From contig CM022674.1 in the NCBI GenBank assembly GCA_012295275.1, forward strand, positions 6,200,001-6,264,000: a DNA stretch of 64,000 bases, in the 5' to 3' direction. The position numbers and the translations under genes were made by a program. Shown here piece after piece: positions 51,002-64,000 of the stretch; positions within the stretch are counted from its first letter, which is position 1; every line of letters starts with the position of its first letter. The DNA comes from Chrysomallon squamiferum. Its lineage: Eukaryota; Animalia; Mollusca. The notes under the pieces are model-generated. The model saw nothing but the letters and a program-made list of their open reading frames with translations, was not told where the DNA came from and did not search any database.

Positions 51002-51754
51002 GAGTTACAGACAGACAGACAGAGAGGCAGAGAGAGAGAGAGAGAGAGAGAGATTGATACGTGTGTATGTATGTATCTATGTATGTATGTATGTATGTAT
51101 ATATGTTTGTGTGTGTATATGTGCATAAATGTAGGCATTTGCGTGTGTATTTGTTTGTGTGTGTGTGTATATATATATATATTTATGTATGTGTGTATGT
51201 ATGTATGTATGTATGTATGTATGTATGTATGTATGTATGTATGTATGTGTGTATGTGTGTGCGTGTTATATTATTATATAAAAGGAGAGACGTAACAGGC
51301 TAGGATTCGAGCCTGGTTCTGTCGGAAATAAGGCTCGTAACTTAACCACTCTTTGTCCGATCATGAATAAATAAGATAAAAAAAAAACATATTACTTGAA
51401 TAAATGCACGATCTAGTTTAAACCCGCTAAATGTCATCATTTACTTACGATCACACAAACAACAATGGAATGTGACATTTCTAATACACTTCCATTATTA
51501 AGCACTTCCATTGTTGATTAACCATTATTTTTCAAACTAGTGTTTTCACATCACTCTCAGTTTGAATTTACTTGGAAACTGCCGTCATAGTTCAAACAAC
51601 AATAACAGTCACCTGACAGCAGTAAACATTTCGTACAGACAGATGTAACAATCACTAATAATTAACAAATAAGAGTTGCTGAGATAAAATTTAGCGTGCA
51701 GATTTGAATGGATGGTCAATACTTGCTGTAGATAAATGAATTGAAACAGCAATG

Positions 51755-51814
<60 letters not shown>

Positions 51815-51972
51815 CGTCGTCATCGTTGTCGTCTTTATACTTATTTTTTAATATACTTACTTGCATATTTACTTGTGTATTAAAGTTTAAAAATGGTTTA
51901 ACATTGCATCTCTTGGTTTATATTCCTTGTTTACCATTCCCGCTTAACTGATTTCATATTATTATTATTATT

Positions 51973-52013
<41 letters not shown>

Positions 52014-52500
52014 TATTATTATTATTATTATTACTAAAGGTATCATTAAAGTCTTAGCATATTTGTTTTCAGAAGAAAATATGCATTTATAAACCTCGGA
52101 ACGTACTAGCTGCAAATAGATTGCTAAAAGTTAAATAATTCATTATTCAGTTAACAGCACCAGAATTCTAAAAGTACTTTTGTCTTGCTGTTTCGTTTCG
52201 TTTCGTTTATAATTTCGTTTCTGTTTTTATCCGGCAATGAACCATCTTTCTGTCTGCACATTTAACAAAACAAACGGAGTTCTGTTGTACGATTCTGTGC
52301 ATTAATGGCGAACTCCAGACGCGAAAAATCTGCCGTCATTGTCCTTGTTCGTTATCCGCGTTAATTCTCACTTCAGCATCGATCATCAAACCCCAGTTTT
52401 TATTTAGTTTCTTTCATGTTGAACAGGACAGGTCCAGCACGTGTCTTTGGAGGAGGGGTGTGTGTGTGTGTGAATCAGTTTAAAAGGCTGGATGAGGCCG

Positions 52501-52652
<152 letters not shown>

Positions 52653-53034
52653 ACATACACACACACACATACACACACACAGATACACACACATACACAC
52701 ACACACGTACACACGCACACACGCACGTCCGATCACCCCACCCTGGATTCGCCAGTGTTCTGATACATTTTCTACAAACAGGCCCCAGGAGGCTAAAGTA
52801 AATATTTACTTATTTGATTGCTGAATTTTGTTAATTGCTTGTGTTAAATGGAAGCTGTATTTGTCAGTTATGGTTAACTAGTTTTAATGCTAACTGAGTT
52901 TTTTTTTTCTCGTTCCAGCTAAAATCTCATAACGTCGTCGTTAAGCTACACAGACGAAGAAAAAATAGTGTAAATTATAATTATTTAAATTAGAGATAGA
53001 TAGATAGATAGATAGATAGATTGATAATTTGCTG

Positions 53035-53159
<125 letters not shown>

Positions 53160-53779
53160 ATGCGTTTAAACAGATATCGCTTAATTCGTTGATTATATTA
53201 TATTATTAAATAAGTCACAAAATAAATAAAAGAAATATTATTAATTTTGTACATGTATAAATACGTAAGAACATTTTTCTTTCATTTAAGTGTTTTTTTT
53301 GTACATAAGAACAAATGACCTTTAGACAGTGAAACAAAAACATTGGTCTTTATGAACAAATGGTGGTGCATTTTCTGGAACGGGAAATTGTTTAATCAGA
53401 ATGTACAAATGTGTTCAGTACTTGAGCAAGAAATCTGACTATAACTATAACTGAAACAACACTAGAAAACAAATCAACTATTAGAAAATAAAGAATTTAA
53501 ATAATAACAATAATAACAATACTAATAAAAAAACGGTCATTTCATAATAAATTAAGCTGCTCAGTCTTATGGGACTTTTTCTTTTCACTGCATTTTCTAT
53601 CACTTTTGGTCCTTTTGAATTTCCGAACACGAAGATATAAACTTACCTTTTATGGATGCACATTATACAAACGAAGAAAACAACGGCATGCTTCGGGGAA
53701 AGCGATGATTACCCACGGTTACTGAGCAACCTGTTTCAAGTTGGTCTTTATTAGCGAACGTCATGCGTTTGATGAAGAG

Positions 53780-53895
53780 GGAGATAACGGGAGATAACTC
53801 GAAACTTTAGCCTTCCTTTTGATAAGCGTTCGGCCGCTGCATGTGTTAAGATACTTTTCTCCCTAGTTTTCTTTTCTTTTATTTATTTATTTATT

Positions 53896-53927
<32 letters not shown>

Positions 53928-53935
53928 CATTGTTG

Positions 53936-54016
<81 letters not shown>

Positions 54017-54320
54017 TATTTATTTTATTTATTTATTTATTTTTTATTATTATTTTTTTTTTATTTAAATTTTTTTTTTGATACCGTCAATAGAAACTGT
54101 ATTCTGTGTCAATAACGGTACATTTGTTTAAAATAATTAATTTAATCTGAACTTTATTTTCATTTATGTGCGAGCGATTCCTTGTGTAATTAACGATTCA
54201 ACTTACTCCGTAATTTAACTCAGGTTTCCGCAAAACCATAAATAGTTCGGCTGTGTTTGTTTTTATCTGTATATAAACAAATGACTCAAACTGCACTCTT
54301 GCTGATGTGTTATTTATGCA

Positions 54321-54386
<66 letters not shown>

Positions 54387-54437
54387 CTGGCACAATTTAA
54401 AATTTACGAGTACGTGCCATTAGTGTTCTAAGCATCT

Positions 54438-54440
<3 letters not shown>
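53780..54440 (+). repeat. Inverted copy of gene-family upstream DNA abutting the C stop codon
   Basis: 54170-54312 and 54388-54440 align with B upstream 9912-10150 on the same strand. 53790-53865 is the reverse complement of about 14865-14940. Confidence 0.75.
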
Positions 54441-60806
<6,366 letters not shown>

Positions 60807-61547
60807 ACCTGCCTGTCTGCGTGTATATGTTTTTGTGTCTAAACTTCGAAAGATCACAGCATGAAACAGATGTTTCCGAGTTTTATTTAAGTACCTATGT
60901 ATTCAAAGGCAAGGCTTAAGTTTAATGTAAATTTCTGTGAATTTCATTTAAGTACCGATGTATTCAAAGACAAGGCTAACGTTTAATGTAAATTTCAGGT
61001 CGTTAAAATGTTCAAACCATCACAGAGTGCAATGATGGCCCCATAAAAATATGCATTTAGTAAATGCATTACACAAGATGTCTATCTAGAGATCTTTATC
61101 TCTGTTTCAGCATACGTGTCTCTGTGTGTATATAAATATATACTTGTTTATATCTTATGGATGAACTGAAGGTTTTATTCTTGTACTTGTATCACTGTAC
61201 CAGTGTCTAAGGTGCTTCTTATCATGTCTTAGGGTTTAGAACACTATGACAGGGATTGGTAAATTTTAAATCATGACAGTAAAATTACATCCACCAGATA
61301 AATAACACATCAACAAAAGTGCTGTTTGAGTTGTTTATTTATATGCAGGAAAATATTTTGTAATTATTTAAAATAAAATAAGCGCAACTAACTAATTAAC
61401 AGTTTTGTAGAAACCTGAGTAAAAAAACCTTAAATCAACTGAATCCTAGTTAGAGACTCGCTTACGGGGTGATCAAGTAATTACGTTAACATAAGTTTAA
61501 CTTAGGTGTTTATATTTTAAAATCACGCCGCCATAGCACTGAGTTCC

Positions 61548-61585
<38 letters not shown>

Positions 61586-62084
61586 TTCCTGCGGACGTCG
61601 GAGAAAACCTCGGAATCAAAGTCAAAAGCTCAGCCACGAGGATGTACAAATTTCAACACTGTGTAACACGCAAAACTCGCCGTTTCTTAGTCGATAATTA
61701 ACTTAACATTTAAAATTTAAACTCTGTTTTTTTTTTTTTTTAAATTCGTCATAGCGTATTTTTCAGTAAAAGGGTATTACGGATGGTCAAACAGAAATTT
61801 ATTTACATGCATCGCCACTTATGGAAGTTTATTTATTTATTATAATTATTAACACGTATTTATTTAATATTTGTCGTTGATTTATATTTTCTTTTTTTCA
61901 TATGTGGAGACTAGATAACTTTAAGATTGACATATATGTAAAAATTAGTACTTTTAATCAAATATCTGTCGTTAGTGTATGAAAAAGAAATGTTATTAAT
62001 GAAAAATAGGTTCAGAGATAACCGAGTTTTACGTTAAAAAAGGACAAGATTATCAATCTGTGTCATAGTTCTTCATAACAGTTC

Positions 62085-62154
62085 AGAAAGCTGCCCCTTT
62101 GTTTCTGACTTTTCGCTCTACACTTCACATCTCTCTCTCTCTCTCGTACACACA

Positions 62155-62237
<83 letters not shown>

Positions 62238-62354
62238 GTATGTAAGTTCCTATAAATTCATCTGCCTATCTCTCTGTAAATATGTTTATTTCTCTATTAA
62301 CTATTCCAAAAAAAAAAAGTCACTTTGATGTTACTGACAATCTGGTTATGAGCA

Positions 62355-62420
<66 letters not shown>

Positions 62421-62550
62421 CTGTGAAGTAATCCATATCAAACACTGTATTTTTTTCTCTTTTTCTTTTACATTTGTCATCATTAATACATGATCAGTTG
62501 TCACATGTATGAGCAAATATATATTTATGTATGTGGCTGTGCATTAATTA

Positions 62551-62560
<10 letters not shown>
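62085..62560 (+). pseudogene. Relic of intron 2 of a further CBM-family gene copy, opposite in orientation to C
   Basis: ctgcccctttgtttctga...gctctacacttcacatctctctc resembles the start of intron 2 in A and C. aatccatatcaaacactgta and the following 100 bp resemble B intron 2 (12251-12390). No exon recognised. Confidence 0.55.
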
Positions 62561-62605
<45 letters not shown>

Positions 62606-63226
62606 TTGATAAGAGCAACAACAAACCAAATTATGCAGGATGTTAACTGCGGTTCTGTTTACTTTGCACGTGCAGCGCGTCACTGTTGAGTTTGTGTCGG
62701 CTGAAATTTGATGAAATCAACACCTGCCAAGCTGTCAGAAATGAACTTGAAACGTAAGAAAATTTTAATTGTATCGTTTATTGAAACAAAGCTAATAATA
62801 GTTAAATATAAGATACAATACCATGTACTTTCATATTAAATATAAAGGCAATTTATAAATATGTAGCGATAATGGGGGAATAACTGCGAGCTATCTAACA
62901 CAATTTCAAGAGACATAACTCGCGTTATAAAAATAAATTTAACACACGATTTATTTTAGACGGTATTTTTTTCTGTTTAAATTGACAGAAAGGATTGGCC
63001 ATCAGGAGAATCCTATAAATATGTGGTCAGTTTTAAACACGTAATTTTATTATATGTCTCAGATTTTGTCTTAATGAGTCCAGATTTTGACTAGGTCATC
63101 ATCTACTGAATTCACAGATTCTGATTGTGTGTTTAATAATATAAAAACTCGTAAAGGTTTATTTTGTTTTATTTTATTTTATTTTTGTTTTCAGGTTTTA
63201 TTTGTATGTGGTTTGGTGTAATACAA

Positions 63227-63841
63227 ATGGTGAGTTGTTCATTACATTCATCTTTATTATTAGAAATATTGTACCTTCAACATTATTATTAGAAATATTT
63301 TCTCATCAACATAATTATTATTGTCAGTTATTGTCATTATTATTACAATGTCAGTATCAATATTAGCATATTTCATTAAATCGCTATTTTTTTATTATTA
63401 TTATTATTAGTAGTAGTAGTATTAATAGTGTTAATAGTAGTAGTAGCAGTGTTAATAGTAATAACAGTAGCAGTAGTAGTAACAGTGATAGAAAGTTGTA
63501 GTAATAGTCGTAATAACAGTAGTATTAATAGGCGTAGTAGTAGTAGTAGTAGCAGCAGCAGCAGCAATCGGAGTTGTAGCAGTAGGATTTATAAATATAT
63601 AAAATGAGAAGTGTTAAAGATGTAAATCATTTGTAAATTGTAGGGGTCTGTTGAGCTATTATTACAACTAATAATGTTTAATTATGTTTAACGATGATCA
63701 CCAAGAAAAAAAGAAAAAAGTAAGGTTTTATTTAAAATATCTCTACTATAATTCGCCATGCTAGATATGTTATGTCTATTTTTCAGTTGCTGCCAAAACC
63801 GACGATGGGAGTTTTGTCGAATGATAAGTATATTGTAACAG
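63227..63841 (+). CDS. Possible first coding exons of an unidentified gene continuing beyond the window
   Basis: Candidate exon 63195-63229 (tttcag...ATG|gtgagt) joins in frame to 63787-63841 (ttttcag...G|gtcggt), giving M-LLPKPTMGVLSNDKYIVT. No homology recognised. Confidence 0.3.
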
Positions 63842-64000
63842 GTCGGTCACGTTTGTTTTTCTTTTTTTCTTTCTTTCCTGCGTTTGTTTTTAATATTTAT
63901 TTATTTATTTGATTGTTTGTTTGTTGTTTTGTTTTTTGTTTGTTTATTAGACAGGTAATTAGCTAGTTAGTTAGAAAATTAGTTTGAAAATTAGTTTACA

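Overview
This is AT-rich, microsatellite-dense, intron-rich animal DNA. A lophotrochozoan or mollusc origin is inferred from gene content and is not proven. Five spliced genes could be reconstructed by hand with GT-AG boundaries. (A) Minus strand, <109-6671, running off the left edge: a secreted GH9 endoglucanase-like protein with signal peptide, two CBM2-like modules, a ~520-aa Thr-rich 9-aa-repeat linker and a GH9 domain whose catalytic DAGD motif reads DAGG. (B) Plus strand 10592-14538 and (C) minus strand 54438-60806: paralogues of A encoding only signal peptide plus two CBM2-like modules. In both, the stop codon abuts an inverted copy of the family's own upstream DNA. B has a 1-nt deficit in exon 1, and C has two extra 60-nt micro-exons. 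(D) Plus strand 18680-30294 (956 aa) and (E) minus strand 32717-45946 (935 aa): convergent, 10-exon DEG/ENaC (ASIC-like) channel genes. Each carries a ~450-aa, Cys-poor, probably helical extracellular insertion at the knuckle position, encoded by one ~1.5-kb exon. The window also holds a decayed RNase H-type LINE, an 18-bp minisatellite and several inverted or direct segmental duplications. Most short ORFs in the supplied track are microsatellite artefacts.
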